NCBI GenBank assembly: GCA_963693365.1
Contig: CAVNZM010000004.1
Span: forward strand, 8,956,468-9,020,467
DNA from: Amoebidium appalachense
Taxonomy: Eukaryota; Protista; Ichthyosporea
Direction of reading: 5' to 3'
DNA length: 64,000 bases
Shown here in pieces: positions 1 through 13,091 of this stretch. Numbering within the stretch: the first letter of the stretch is position 1; each line of letters opens with the position of its first letter. Both the position numbers and the translations under genes were made by a program. The notes beneath the pieces are model-generated. The model saw only the letters and a program-made list of their open reading frames with translations. It ran no database searches and was not told where the DNA came from.

Positions 1-822
1 AGTTTGCATATTCTGACTGTTTGGGTTTTTGGCATAGCACAAGTTGGTTGATATCGATACACACGATCTGAACATGAATAGGGGAGTGAAGTGGTGTGTT
101 GCACATGCATGTACAATTAGGAAAGGGTGCATGCCCCTACATGTACCATAACGGAAAATGGCTTTTTTACGGGGTATTTACTGTTGGTTTAGGTCGAAAC
201 CGGCTCGAACGGATCACCCATAGGTATATAGAAAGTGTGTAAAGTTCATTACGCATGTAAACATGAAAAACAGACGGGCTCACACTGACACTGGACATTA
301 AGGTTGCACGGGAATAGGTAGCCTTCATATATATTATTTATGATGTAATGTGATGCAAGAATCAAGTGGGGATGTCGGTGCTATGATACACCATGACCCA
401 TGTATCAGTCACCTAAAGAAACCAATTCTATTGAGAAACAAACAAATAAAATTGATGGGGCACACCCTTGCCTGATGATGATCATTATTATAAATCTCCT
501 ACAATAGCAGTTAGAGAAGGTTAAAAGCTCGCAATTGAAATCAATTGCAAGCCGCTCTTACGCACTTGCACATGCACTCGGCGCATATGCTTCTGTTAGA
601 CCCCCTGCGCTAGATATGATCGATCCGATCCCTCTTGCTCGAGCTCGAGTGCAAAGAAAATCTGAACATACAATGACGGTTTGTTTGCCGCAAAAAGAAC
701 CAAGAATAGCCAAATGGTTTAAAATTAGATCGGACTATAACTTCGTGCACATGAGAGTAAATAAATAGCTATAGGTCAACAAACAAATAACCAAATAAAT
801 GAATAAATCGAACATGTGCATA

Positions 823-957
823 TCACATTTTGCTCTCGACTCTTCTCTGTGTCTCGATATACTCTTGGATTGCATTTCTCAGGTTGATGCTTGGTCGTAG
901 GTCCTCAACACGTAGCCCTTGGTTGGTGAGGGGGTCCGTGCCCCGCATTTCTACGTG

Positions 958-1037
<80 letters not shown>

Positions 1038-1373
1038 CGCGCGTGTGTGTGTGCCCACGCGCACGTGCGTGAGTGCGTTTGTGTGTGTGTGCGTGTGTGT
1101 GTGTGCCCACGCGCGCAACAGCAGGGATGTGTGGGTGGGAAAGGATGAGCAAAGCAAGAACGACAAAGTACATCAAGCCAGCCCCCTCCCCCCTCCCCCC
1201 TCCCCCCCCCCCCCCCCCCCGTTAACGAGGGGAATAGGTCGAAACTCGGGTACTGTCGATGACGTGGGCCCCCCCTGAGGATGGGCTCTGCTTATTATGG
1301 ATACTCTTTATGTATGGCTTGCATTCTGCATCGTGTTATCCGTTTGTTCTTGTGTACTTCGTACTTTTTGAAA

Positions 1374-1404
<31 letters not shown>

Positions 1405-1578
1405 AAAAAAAAAAAAAGAAGGAAGAAAGAAAAAAGAAACACAAAGGACCAAACCCAAAGTGCAAAGTGCAAGCAATCAAAACGAGAGATCCGAAAACCG
1501 ATGATGTGTCGCGATTGTGATTAGCAAAACACAAACCAGTTTGGTGCATGTTGAGCAACCCAAGAGTACAAACGAGTG

Positions 1579-1627
<49 letters not shown>

Positions 1628-2242
1628 TTGTGGTATGTGTGTGTGAGTGTGTGTGTGTGTGTGTGTGCACGCGCACGTGTGGTATGTGGTGTGGTGTGTG
1701 CGTGTTTGTGTCCGTGCGTGCGCGAACCCGCTTCGTGCGTGAGTGTGTGTGTAAAACCGTGCACACACACATATGTATAAACATGTAAGTGCTCGTGTGT
1801 GTTGAAAGAATACACCCCCTTTTCAGTTCCACACCGCGCCCCACACAGCGCCCAAACAAACACACTTATATAACTCCCACATTCTAACCACTTAAACTAA
1901 AAACATACCTTACAATAGCGCTTCTCTCATAGCAATGTCCATACGGTGTCTGCACGGGGTCGACCATTAACTCGTGTGTGATTGGGCAATAGAACGACGC
2001 TATGGGCACCTCGTCTTCATAGTCGCTAACTAACTTCGTCTCTTTGTCAACCGGCCGTGCTTGGGGGGGCCCGGTTGAATATGTCTGCAGTTCCTCTGGT
2101 GTGGTATAAAAAAAAAAATGATAATTAATTAATTGAGTATAATGAGAATGTGAAATATCCACTAGAGGCATAGGCACAAGTGAATGCGAAACTAGGGAGT
2201 GTTTGACTGTGTGTGTGTGTTTGTGTGGTGTGTGTGTGGGGG

Positions 2243-2273
<31 letters not shown>

Positions 2274-3798
2274 ATGCACTAGGGGGTAGAGGAAAAAGTA
2301 AGAAACAAAGAAACAATGGGTTAGCAAAAACAAGGACACAACATAGAGCCCGAGGAACATATTAATTGTGCGTCTACGGCCTTCGGGCATAACCCATTGT
2401 TAGGTGAATGCCCAAGCTCGATTCAAGCGGGGTGCACACCAAAATAAAACTTGAAGAGGCAAAAATGAAGACACCACACGACACCAATCAGGCAGAGTCG
2501 TGCGTGAAAGGGGGGGGGGGGAGGGGAGAGGGAGAGAGGAGGCGGCGGGGAGAGTGGGAGGAGGGAGGCAAATGTTGTAAAGACGCTGATGGGCAAAGCA
2601 AGGAAGAGCAGGGTGAATACACAAGGTACGTAAGGAAAGCAAAGTTGATCTTGTGGATTAGGTAGTCTGGTGATGGTGTGTGTCTGTGTGTGAGAGTTTA
2701 AGCGGGACGGGACAGCGCAGGGCATCCCAGGGGGGGGGGGGGGGGGGGGAGTGGCATCGCAAGAAAAGCCCATCCTTAGAGCAGACCTAAGCAATCATGA
2801 GTAGCCACTATAACACAGACGTGTCTATTTGCCCAGCATTATATCAACACTCTCTAGATGGCACCAGCTGATGGCAACAGCTGATGGAACCAAGAGTCAG
2901 ACTAGCCCACCATCAGGGGAAACAGCCATGCTCTTTCCACAAGCCTGGTATCAAAGCACTCCCCAAACAGTTACATACAAATCAAGCCAGCGAACAAGAA
3001 TTCCAATCACTAAGTTTTCAAGAACTGCTTTCATGCGTGTTCATGCGTCAGAGATGTGTGTGTGTGTGCACGTGTGTGCGTAGGCGCATGCTTGTGTGTG
3101 CGTGTATGTGTGTGTGTGTGCGTGTGTGTGTGCGTGTTTATGTAAGCGTGTGTCCGTGTGTACATGTTGGGTATGTGTGCCTTCAGGAGCGCGGAGGTAA
3201 AGGGAAGGTTGGTGGTTAGGGCAGGGAGGGGGGGGGGGGGGGGGGGGGGGGAGGTGGGGGGGAAGGGGGGATTTACTGTGCTGGTAAATGGATAAGGCAC
3301 ATCGACTCAAGACACACAACACCCTCCCCCTCTCCACCTCCCCCCCCCCCCCCCCCCCAAACACACACACACCCACCCCCTCCCCACCCCCCCCCCCCCC
3401 CCCCCCCTTCTGCCCGCCACGAGGCCTTTCCCGGCTTTCCCGCCTTTTCAAAAAAACAAAGAAATAGTTTCAAGAAAGAGAAAATAAAGGGAAAAGAAAA
3501 GGAAAAGGAAAGGGATTGAAGAAAAAACGAAATGTAAACGCCTTAAGTCATTAATTCCATAAGTCTACCGTGTACATATTTTGTTTCTTGACGGAAAGGG
3601 GAGGGAGGGGGAGAGGGGGGGGGGAGGGGGGGGGGGGGAGGGGGAGGGGAAGGGGATGTATCTTTGGAGAAACTCACGAGGGGTATTGAAGTAGTCAACG
3701 AGGGCACTTATGCCGAGTGTCAAAACTGCACCCAGAGCAACCCCTATGCCCACAGCTGCACCCACGTGGCTCTCATTGCGACGATTATTATTAGACAT
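823..3798 (-). CDS. Small U-box E3 ubiquitin ligase with an N-terminal transmembrane anchor, 147 aa; exons 3798-3678, 2095-1909, 958-823
   Basis: GT-AG introns in matching phase (C|GTGAGT...CAG|AG and AG|GTATGT...CAG|G). The joined protein has the U-box signature [44 protein letters not shown]...INLRNAI and an N-terminal hydrophobic helix [23 protein letters not shown]. Confidence 0.88.
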
Positions 3799-4725
3799 GA
3801 TGGCAGGTGGAGGGAAAACAATGCTAGCTTTGTTTTGTGTGTGCTCGAGTTTGTAGTAGATCTGTGGTGGAAGAGGGTGGAAACATGCCACTTGCCCTGC
3901 TACTTCAATGATCCGGGTTCTAATTGCTCTTGATCCACAACGGCAAAGTAGCCCGTTAACTCACTAAACGCCTTGTAAAGGATATTAATATTAAGCATGT
4001 GTGTGGGTATAGAGGGTATGTACACTTCGGGCTCAGAAAGGAGTACATATGATATATAGAGACAGCAACACTTTGCCTTCATCCGCAGCTGAGCTGAGAA
4101 ACTTGGCAAAGCTTTTGCAAAAGGCTTACGTCAGCAAAATAAGCGGCAGCAGCAATAGCTGAGTTAGCATTTCAAACATTGGCTAAAATGCTCTTAATGC
4201 ATTAAAAAGGCTGGGATATACCAATAGGATTCTTCATGCCTATCGAGCTATTGCCGATTCGCTCGCCCCCTCGGCCTGATCAACTCAGTGAGTCAGCTCT
4301 CCAGCTACTTCTTAGAGCAGTCCTGTCCTGGAGTCCTCTTTGTAGATGAACCATCGCATATTATGTACTCATATTTCCCCACATATGCTCTTTGTTAGGT
4401 GAAGTTTTGTTGGCCTTGTTTTCGGCACTTCATTACGGCTCACAATACACGTCAGCACAACCCCCCACGGGCCCCTCAACTTTCGATCGACTCCCCCAAG
4501 CTAGAGCATAGTCCAGCCCATCATAATACAGCGCATCTGCACCTGTGTCTCAGGGTGCTACTACTTACACATCTAGAAAGCTGCCGCACAGAAGAGCCTA
4601 AGTGCACCCGTGAATACAAAGATAGCAAAAGTGCCACAGACTGTCATAGAAAGTTCTGTTTAAAGAATTCAGGGCGTTGCAGTGGGTGGGTTGGGGAGGA
4701 AAGAAGTGGTGCCCTGGTAGGTTGT

Positions 4726-4788
<63 letters not shown>

Positions 4789-5555
4789 GTACAAGTTGGC
4801 GTAGGTGGCGTTAGCTCCATGGTTCAGGGATCATTGCACTTTCATGGCTGCAGCTCCCTCCGGCGAACTTGTCCGAAACACATGGACCCCACGGATGTGT
4901 AAAGAGTCTGGCAGATGAAATACACCCCTTTGTTATTATGTCAAACACTGCACAGCCGTTAGCTAGAACCAGAAACTGGGCACCATAATCAGGCAACTAC
5001 AGACAACATAACCGTGCTTATGTGTGTGTTTTGTGCGCGCGGATGTGGGGTGTGCGAACGTGTGTCTACGTGCATGTGCGTGTGTGTGAGTGTGTGTTTG
5101 TGTGATGGGGAGGTGGGGGGGGAAATGGCGGGCTAACTGCGAGGCAGCCAGGAATATGCTCTTGCGTCTTCCAGGGGGGGAGGGGGGGGGGGGGGGGGGG
5201 AGGGACAGTGATGAAGTGCATTGTGTGCATGTGTGCCTTCGATACGAAACTTTTATATGGGGACACATAGGGGGGAGGAGGGGGGAGGGGGAAAGTGAGA
5301 GATGGGGACATTGCCGTGTTAATTAAAGTTGTTGCATTAATATTATTAAAGCCGACCAGCAGCCTCATTTAAAGAGTTTATTCCATAAAGTTTCATTCGA
5401 GCTACAGCCCAGTCGATGCATAGCTAAACTAAAGTTTAATATCATTTTGTACAAACAAGCTGCACGGCACATGCAACACACAGCATTCAGAATTTATAAC
5501 ATTCAAATTTCTTTCCTACATTTCTAGTTTCATTTATCAAATTCTTTAGGGTTAG

Positions 5556-6677
5556 CTAGGCTGACAAGTAGTCAACGTTTTCCAACTGGAAGTACGTTTT
5601 GCGCTGCCTCTTTGTGCTCCGAAGCACGCTCTTCCTGGATACTAGGTAAAGCTCTGAATAGCGCGTGTCCCACTTTGGCACTCTACATCTCAACGCTTCC
5701 GTAACCGCAACACCAATGATGCCGCAGATCGTTCCGATAGAAATGCCCAATAGGGCATCAATAGCATAGTGGAAGCCGCACCAGACGGTAGCAAACCATA
5801 GCCCGGGAGCAACGAAGATGTATGCAACGGCAACAGGCTGCATATACAGGGCAGCACCTACCCAGGCAGCGGCAGTTATGGCACAATGGCCGCTCGGGAA
5901 AGCGGTTCCCTTTGAGCTCCCCCCGTTGACAACAGCGTGAACAAAACTGGAAAAGAACCATCCAACGTCGCCTGCCTCAGTATGGGTGTACGTCCAATAC
6001 GGGCCAGCAGCGGGTTGAATCAAGTACCATGATAGACAGACGATGTATGCTAGCACCTCGGCGCTTGCTATGCGATCAAAGTGTTCCCTGTAGCAGAACA
6101 GCCACGAGAAAAGGTAAGTCCCCCCTAGGATGATGTAGAAGAAAAAGTAACAAAAGTGAAGATATTCGCCGAAAAACTTGTTGAACACCGGTGGTGTAAG
6201 GGAACGCAGGTACGCGCCAACACCCACTTCCACATCGATGCCGAATAGCTGTGCATCTACGTTCTTGAGTGCATCGTCCCAAAATAACATGTAGTCCGGG
6301 TTGTTGGGGTAAAGGTTCGACAGGATAGTCCCGTCCTCGGCATAGAAGTAGAAGCAGGCAATGAGGGAATAGAAGTCCAACAAGGAAGACAGCACCACTG
6401 GGAAAGAGAAAAGGAGAACAAGATTCCCGTTGAATAAGCGGAACTCTTTGATTTCCCCTGATAGTTTGTCTGCCGGTGTGCTTGCAAAGTAGTGTCGGCC
6501 ATATACGACTGATGGGAACATGAAGAGGCGAAGAATAAGGCCACCCCATATAATCCTTCCGCCTACGAACAACAATGGGAAAGTGGCAAGAGCGAAGCTC
6601 AAAACCATCCAATCAGCCAATTTCAGGGCCGAAAGAACATGGTGAATCCTTCCCCAAGAAACACCTTCAATTAACAT
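5556..6677 (-). CDS. PAP2-superfamily multi-pass membrane enzyme, AUR1/inositol-phosphorylceramide-synthase-like, 373 aa, intronless ORF
   Basis: Long ORF with several TM helices and the motifs D..LFG, PAAGP, AFPSGH and HYAID..G (His and His-Asp catalytic residues intact). Confidence 0.85.
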   Translation of the reverse strand: MLIEGVSWGRIHHVLSALKLADWMVLSFALATFPLLFVGGRIIWGGLILRLFMFPSVVYGRHYFASTPADKLSGEIKEFRLFNGNLVLLFSFPVVLSSLLDFYSLIACFYFYAEDGTILSNLYPNNPDYMLFWDDALKNVDAQLFGIDVEVGVGAYLRSLTPPVFNKFFGEYLHFCYFFFYIILGGTYLFSWLFCYREHFDRIASAEVLAYIVCLSWYLIQPAAGPYWTYTHTEAGDVGWFFSSFVHAVVNGGSSKGTAFPSGHCAITAAAWVGAALYMQPVAVAYIFVAPGLWFATVWCGFHYAIDALLGISIGTICGIIGVAVTEALRCRVPKWDTRYSELYLVSRKSVLRSTKRQRKTYFQLENVDYLSA

Positions 6678-8256
6678 TCTCTAGATTCGCTGTCAGCCTG
6701 TTTGGAGCTGATTTATTTTGCTGTTTTCACACACTGGTTGGATCACAGAAACAAATGGAAGAAATTCACAAAACTCCCGAAAAATAAAACTGCGGTTCTA
6801 AGGGTGCTCAAACGTGGGTGTAAGGCTACGCTTCCCAACACACACACCAACACAAAACCTACGTAAAACTAACCGACAAAACATGTAAGTACGAAGAGTA
6901 TGTATAGATTTCGAAGACGACTGTCGCGAATGATTACGAAAGAGGTCTCTTTATAAATGGGAATGTGTATCTCAAATGTTTAAATTATTATATCGGCGAA
7001 ATAGTTACATGACATCAAACCAATCCGTAGCTAGAGAAGGCACATGAGTGACTATCCGGGCTGTAGGGGCCGTGCACTGGGCGGCGCGGGTGCTTCATAG
7101 GCAAAATATACTTTTTCATAGAAAACGTTGTCAATAAAGCTTTGAACCAACGAACAAATGAATTTCTATCACTCTTTGTATAACTAGTGCTAATAGGATA
7201 TGCACCGTGGTACTGCTTTCTATTACCTTCCAAAAAAAATCGCGCACCGCCAGAATTCCCGTGCCACGACCCCGTTTTTTGAGCAAAAGTGGTCTGTTGC
7301 TTATTAGCCAATCAGCGATGCCTGGTGTCGCATATGTATGAACGTGCCACTAGGCACGCTAGCAAGTGGGCAAGACAGGCAAAGGGGGACACGGACCTGT
7401 GCGCGTAGGTGGCTGTCGCCTGTATTGCACACTCGGTAGCGCGTAGTACACGTCAGACACGACAACAAGAGGGAAGGTCAGAAGCAGAAGAGATCTATGC
7501 AACAATCTGAGAGAGAGTGGGCGTATCAGAGTAGCGAGGCTATGTAGGGGGGCGCATGAGGATGAGGGGGGCTCTAGTGTACGGGGTATCTCCCGTATAT
7601 CTCGCTCATACACAAACGCTATGCCAGGTTGTGGATTTTTGGGTTCGAATATGTGCAGAGCTCAGGTAAAATGGCTTATGGCGGCAAGTAAATCCATATA
7701 TTAATTTTGCTGAATATCAGTATGGATGGCGTTAAATATCAGCTCAGTTCTCGAGCTTCGTATGGCTGGCCATATCACGGTCCATTGGTATCGCCCGGTG
7801 CCTCGGGCCCTGCAGCGGGCAACGCGCTGAAGGGCATGCATGATTATAGACCAATGGAGCGTCAAAAGTTTGCTTGAACTTCGTGAACTCAATGAGTTTC
7901 GATTGGTGCACCTGGCCATGGTGCAGTGCTGGTACAAACATCACATGCAAAATGCTGTTAACAACTCCGACACAATGAGCTTTCCTAAAAAAAAAAAAAA
8001 ACTTTAATATCTAATAATGCTGTGCTTATAAATACTTTGAGACCGAGTCTCCGTGTTTCTGTTTTCGAAGAATTCTGCCGCTCTCACAATACATCTGAGT
8101 GCTTTGTTTCAAGTCGTGACGTCACGATGCAACGTTGCCTGAGATATGGCGGCATCCAATCAAAACAATACAATCATATGATCATGTATGGCGATCGCCA
8201 ATTCGCATATCCATCTCTATCTGGTATCTAACCTCTGGTAACTGCCTCCATTCAAT

Positions 8257-9698
8257 CAGGGCAGGAAATTACACTGTTTTCGGAAGTAAAAATACCGTTA
8301 ATTTTCAGAAAGTAGCGGTGTAATCGGTTTCTGGTGTCTCCTGCTCGTGTGTGTAATATGTGTGGGGGGCGGTTTACTCGCGGCTGCATATCTATCAATA
8401 AGTGCAACCTGTTAGCTAACGTATTAGAACCGGAGGTTATTGGCGGTTTTATTCTCTTTTCTTCCTCTCTTCCTCAATATATCCGTTTTAAGATGACTAT
8501 CCTAGATCACCTTATTAATGCTGCACAGTATGATATTGTGATCCGGTGCCTTAACTTTCTTTCGGAGCTACCGATGCTAGCCTCTGCTTACCCATTTGTC
8601 ATATACTACGATGGCGCTCATTGTTGCCTAGTATGTTACTGGCTGCATTTGATTGGCTGCGCTGGAAAACGCAGTAGGCCGTCGAATGTACATGTGGCTG
8701 GGCCTCCGGCAGTGTCCACGCAATAAAAAGTGTGTAAACCCCCCAGAGTACCAGTAAAGCCGGCAACATAGTAAATTGCCCTAAAGTACAAGCTACTCAT
8801 AATTGTTGGGGATGCTACGACAGGATATTTTATATTATAGCAAGTTAAGCGCAAGATTATGATATTGCCAATGAATCATACGGATCAATAAACCCGAGTC
8901 ATGATCAAAAGAAAAATCATACACTTTCACTTCGATCTCTTCAGCTGTCACGTCAACTTTTTTTCCCGATTCTTCACCATGGCAGGTATATAAAGGCTTT
9001 CGTTTCTTCTTTTTGTGGTGGGAGGGAGTCCCACTCAGGGGAACGTGACTGCAGCATGTGTGTGGTGTGGCCTGGTGTATTCCTACTGCTGTGAGAGTGT
9101 GGGGGCATCTCCCTTTCGCGGAGTTTCTAATCATATGAGCTAGATGGCCAGTTTCTCCGGGTTATCTAGGGGCCGGGGCCGTTGGGATTGTTTTTTAGCT
9201 CATGATCAGATTCGGCCTGCATTGCTCTTTTATTAGAGGCTGACTTGCTTGCTGTGCCTCGGTAGGTTTTGAGGGGGGCCTGTTGGGAAGCAGCAGTAAT
9301 GATGTCTTCTTGCGGAGTGTGGTCTGGTCAACATCGATGCATATGACTAGTTGGATCCGGAGCAAACTAGTTTCACGCATACACGTAGGACACTTAAGGT
9401 TTTGCCCGCTGGTGTCCTTTGTCACTTGTCGCTTTATTTTTATTTCGTAGCTTTGGCTTTTTCAGTTCTATTGGTGGTTATATAGCCTGTGGCTGCACGT
9501 TGCCTTCATGAACGGATCAATAAAACCGAGTCAAAAGAAGAAATCATACGAGGGTCCGGGAAGGTTTCGGCCCCTCGCCGCCGGATAGGTATACATTTAT
9601 CGGATAGATATAAGGAAGTAAATATCTCCGGACATGAATAGGCTGCGATCCGCCAGGTGCCAAAATACAGTTATCCTAAAATGTAATTTCTAGCCCTG
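8257..9698. mobile_element. Non-autonomous hAT-type DNA transposon containing nested retroposon insertions
   Basis: TIRs CAGGGCAGGAAATTACA (left) and CAGGGCTAGAAATTACA (reverse complement of right end). 8-bp TSD CATTCAAT (8249-8256) / CGTTCAAT (9699-9706). No transposase ORF. Confidence 0.8.
8882..9541 (+). mobile_element. Dispersed repeat family A (3' end of a putative non-LTR retroposon): short fragment 8882-8914 plus longer copy 8923-9541
   Basis: About 9150-9540 is clearly homologous to about 18750-19143. Both pieces end in GGATCAATAAA...GAGTC...A-rich sequence and are bounded by AATCATAC direct repeats. Confidence 0.65.
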
Positions 9699-10429
9699 CG
9701 TTCAATGACGGTCTTTAAAGCTTTAGAAACTTATATATTCCTTCACTCTAGGCTGTGATGATTTTGTTAGATAATCAAACGCATTATTTTATATTCTCAA
9801 TTTTTGTGAAGAAATAAGCTTGTGTTGACACCTTTGGTTCTGTTACTTCGACCTGTATACGTACACTGGGTCCCGGATCCGCCAGCATGGTGAAGGTATC
9901 CAATGTTTTTTATATCTAAAATGTGCAAGTTGGTGAAAGATGACTGACCATATATGACGTCACTGATAACGAGACTCTGAGATGCACGGGCAGGGTTTGA
10001 ACCGTGGGTTTCCAGGGTGTTCAACTAATAGAACAGTGCTTCGATTCACTTCAAGTGTTGGGCAATATGTGACCAATTCGTAGGTAGTTGTTTTCAGAGC
10101 AAGCTTGCACTGGATAGCCCTGTATAGAAACAAAATACGTGTAATTGGGCATGTCAACAGTTACACGCTTCTGTTACAATGTTGTTAAAAAAATATGATC
10201 TGCTGTCACGCATACGAAAGGCGTATACGCCAGCACAAAAGAATCTAAAATTTAGGGATTCAGGCTTTTTTGAAATTGAACAATAATAATGGTGGTGTTA
10301 GCTGGTGGTGTTGGGGTTTTGGTGTGTACACATGTGTGTGTTTGGGTGGGTGGGCGGGGTTTGTGTGGGTGGGTGGGTGGGTGGGTGGGTGGTTGGCTAC
10401 GCGGCCCCGCGGGGAAGAGGGGCCCGAAA

Positions 10430-10497
<68 letters not shown>

Positions 10498-11185
10498 GAC
10501 GTCCACCTGCTCGAGGTTGTGGCCTTGTGTTTCCCCTCCCGGGCCCTGCCCATGCCGGGGTGGTGGTCCACCACCTCTTCGATAGATAGTGTGGGTGGTT
10601 CCCCCCCCCCCCCCCTCCCCCTCCCCCCCTCCCCCCTCCCCCCTCCCCCTACCCCCTCCCCCTCCCCCCTCCTGCCCCTCACTCACTCCTCACCACCGCC
10701 ACCACCAAGTTGAACACTTTAATTAATAATACTCATTAATCCTTCGTTTTGGATGTTTGGACCAGCATGCGCACTTCAATTTTGGTTGGGGCATGCGCAG
10801 AGCTATCATCATGATCATGCACTATGTACGCTACGGTGTGTTCCTATGCCACTGTCCTGCCGCGCGCATCAGCGACTTGTGTACCGGCCATGCACATGTG
10901 GGCAGTACACGTCACTGTGTGTGCGTACGCTGGCACTGGTGGGTATGTTCAACGCACTGCGACACATACACATGTTAGCGCAATTTTCATTTTGACGGAC
11001 TGCTTTTATTAAATCATGACGGTTTTGGTGGTGTGCACGTGTGTGTGTGTAAGCCTTGTAACTGTCGTGCCACATGTGCAAGCTGTGTGGGCTCAACCAA
11101 GAAGAATGTTTGCGATACAAATGGGCATTGCACGTGTGTGCCAGAGAAGAACCTGTGTTAAGTTTGTGTAAGTGTGTGCGTGTGC

Positions 11186-11222
<37 letters not shown>

Positions 11223-11480
11223 TCACTGTGTGTGTGTGTGTGTGTGTACGTGTGTCACAGTGCGCGCGCGTGTGTGTGTGTGTGTGTGTGTGTGCGTGTG
11301 TCATGGTGCGTGTGCGTGTGCGTGTGTGTGACACTGTGTGTGTGTGTGTGTGTGTGTATGTGTGTGTGTGTGCGTGCGCGGGGCGCGCGCGCGCGCGCGC
11401 GTGTGCGTGCATATGTGTATGCGTCGCTGTGTGTGGTGGTCGTGGTGGTGGTGGTCCCGGTGGGGTGGAGCGGGGGGGAA

Positions 11481-11523
<43 letters not shown>

Positions 11524-11816
11524 AAGAGGGGGGAGGGGGGGGGGGGGTTGCGTGCATATGTGTATGCAATCAAGAGTCCCTCAATATCCTGGTACAGACG
11601 TGCATGTGAATTTCATGAAATGTGGACATGTATTGCTTGTGCCAGAGACTCTCCAGTTGGGGGGGGGGGGGGGGGGGGGGGGATAATAAGAGAGAGAAAG
11701 AGGGAGAAAGTGTGCCCCGGTGTACGTCCATTTTTTTATGCCACCATGGTCAGTTGGGTATCTAAACTGCCTGAGTGTGGCAGTATCGGACTGTGCCCGT
11801 AAGTATGTGTGTGTGT

Positions 11817-11850
<34 letters not shown>

Positions 11851-11989
11851 GTCGGTGTGTGCGTGTGTTCGTGTGCGCGTGTGTGCACTGTGTGCCCGTG
11901 TGCCTGTGTAAGCGCCTGCGTGCACACGCGTTTCCGATTTGATATGGAAACATAGATGTAGCATAGCACGTGCTATGACTTTACAACCA

Positions 11990-12480
11990 GACCCCAGTTC
12001 AAAGCACAAACACAAAAACCATAAACCTAGTAGAGCCGCCATTCGTAGGAACAAGCAGTTCACAACACCTAGCACGATGGCCCCCAATCCCTCCCTCCCT
12101 CCCCCCCCCCCCCTCTCCCCCCCACTCCCCCTCCCCCCCCCCCCCCCTCCCCCCCCCCCCCCACCCACCCACTCACCCACCCACGGGCCTTGCCGGATTG
12201 CCCCAATCTTGAAATGCAGGCACACACAGCGGAAAGTAGAGTGCAACCCACAACACCTATCTACACAGTTATGTAGCAGCTACCACCACACTGCACGACA
12301 TGGGATACCACCCCCCACCACCACCTCAAACCCCACGGCTGGGCCATCGGTCACACTGCGTTAGGGCCCCTCTCACCCGAACCGGACCCTACTGGTTTTT
12401 AATTATTTAAAAACACAGCACAAGCCCCCGCTAGTTTTTTGTGAATTTGTCAGCCCAATCGCTCTGCCATGCCTGTAGTG
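11990..12480 (+). repeat. Dispersed repeat family B, copy 1 (diverged; boundaries approximate)
   Basis: Colinear shared blocks with about 20640-21120: cacaaaca..aaaaacca.aaac, ttgccgg.ttgcc, gagtgcaa..aacacctat, cacgacatgg.atac, acaagccccc.ctag. Confidence 0.55.
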
Positions 12481-12613
12481 CCTTGGCAAGGTATTATTGC
12501 TAAGGTGCCAATACCTATATGTTTTCAAGTTTATTGATGACGACACTCGAATTTGTGACAGGCTACTATTAGCCATTTTTCGGTGGGTACTCTCCTGCCA
12601 GTGGGTGTGTGTG

Positions 12614-12658
<45 letters not shown>

Positions 12659-13021
12659 GGGGAAGGAGGGGCACCAGGTGTCCTGCTTAAAGGGGTACGG
12701 TTGCCCCCCCCCCCCCCCTTCCCCCCCCCCCCCCCCCCCTCCCGCCCGGATCTCCTCTCTGCCCCCTTCCACCAGCCCGTGCTACTACCCGTCCGGAGTT
12801 GGTGGGTCTCTCTCCCCATCCTCTCCCTCTCACTCCCCAATTTACGTAGTAGCCCCTCATCGTTTTATATCAAAAAGCCTTAGGTACCCTGGGGGTGATA
12901 GGGGGGGTGGGGGAGGGGGGGGGGGGGGCTTAGCTAGAGGCTTGTGCAATGATTATTACCGGCACCAGCAGCAGTTACAAGCACACCCCGTCCCACACAT
13001 GCACTTATACAATAACACACG

Positions 13022-13091
<70 letters not shown>

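Noticed and set aside
4260-5000. Exon-like unique sequence blocks on the - strand between the U-box and PAP2 genes
   Set aside because: No consistent open frame or recognisable domain could be assembled.
7066-7273. Possible MITE with GGGGYCGTG ends
   Set aside because: The inverted repeat is short and gapped, and there is no TSD.
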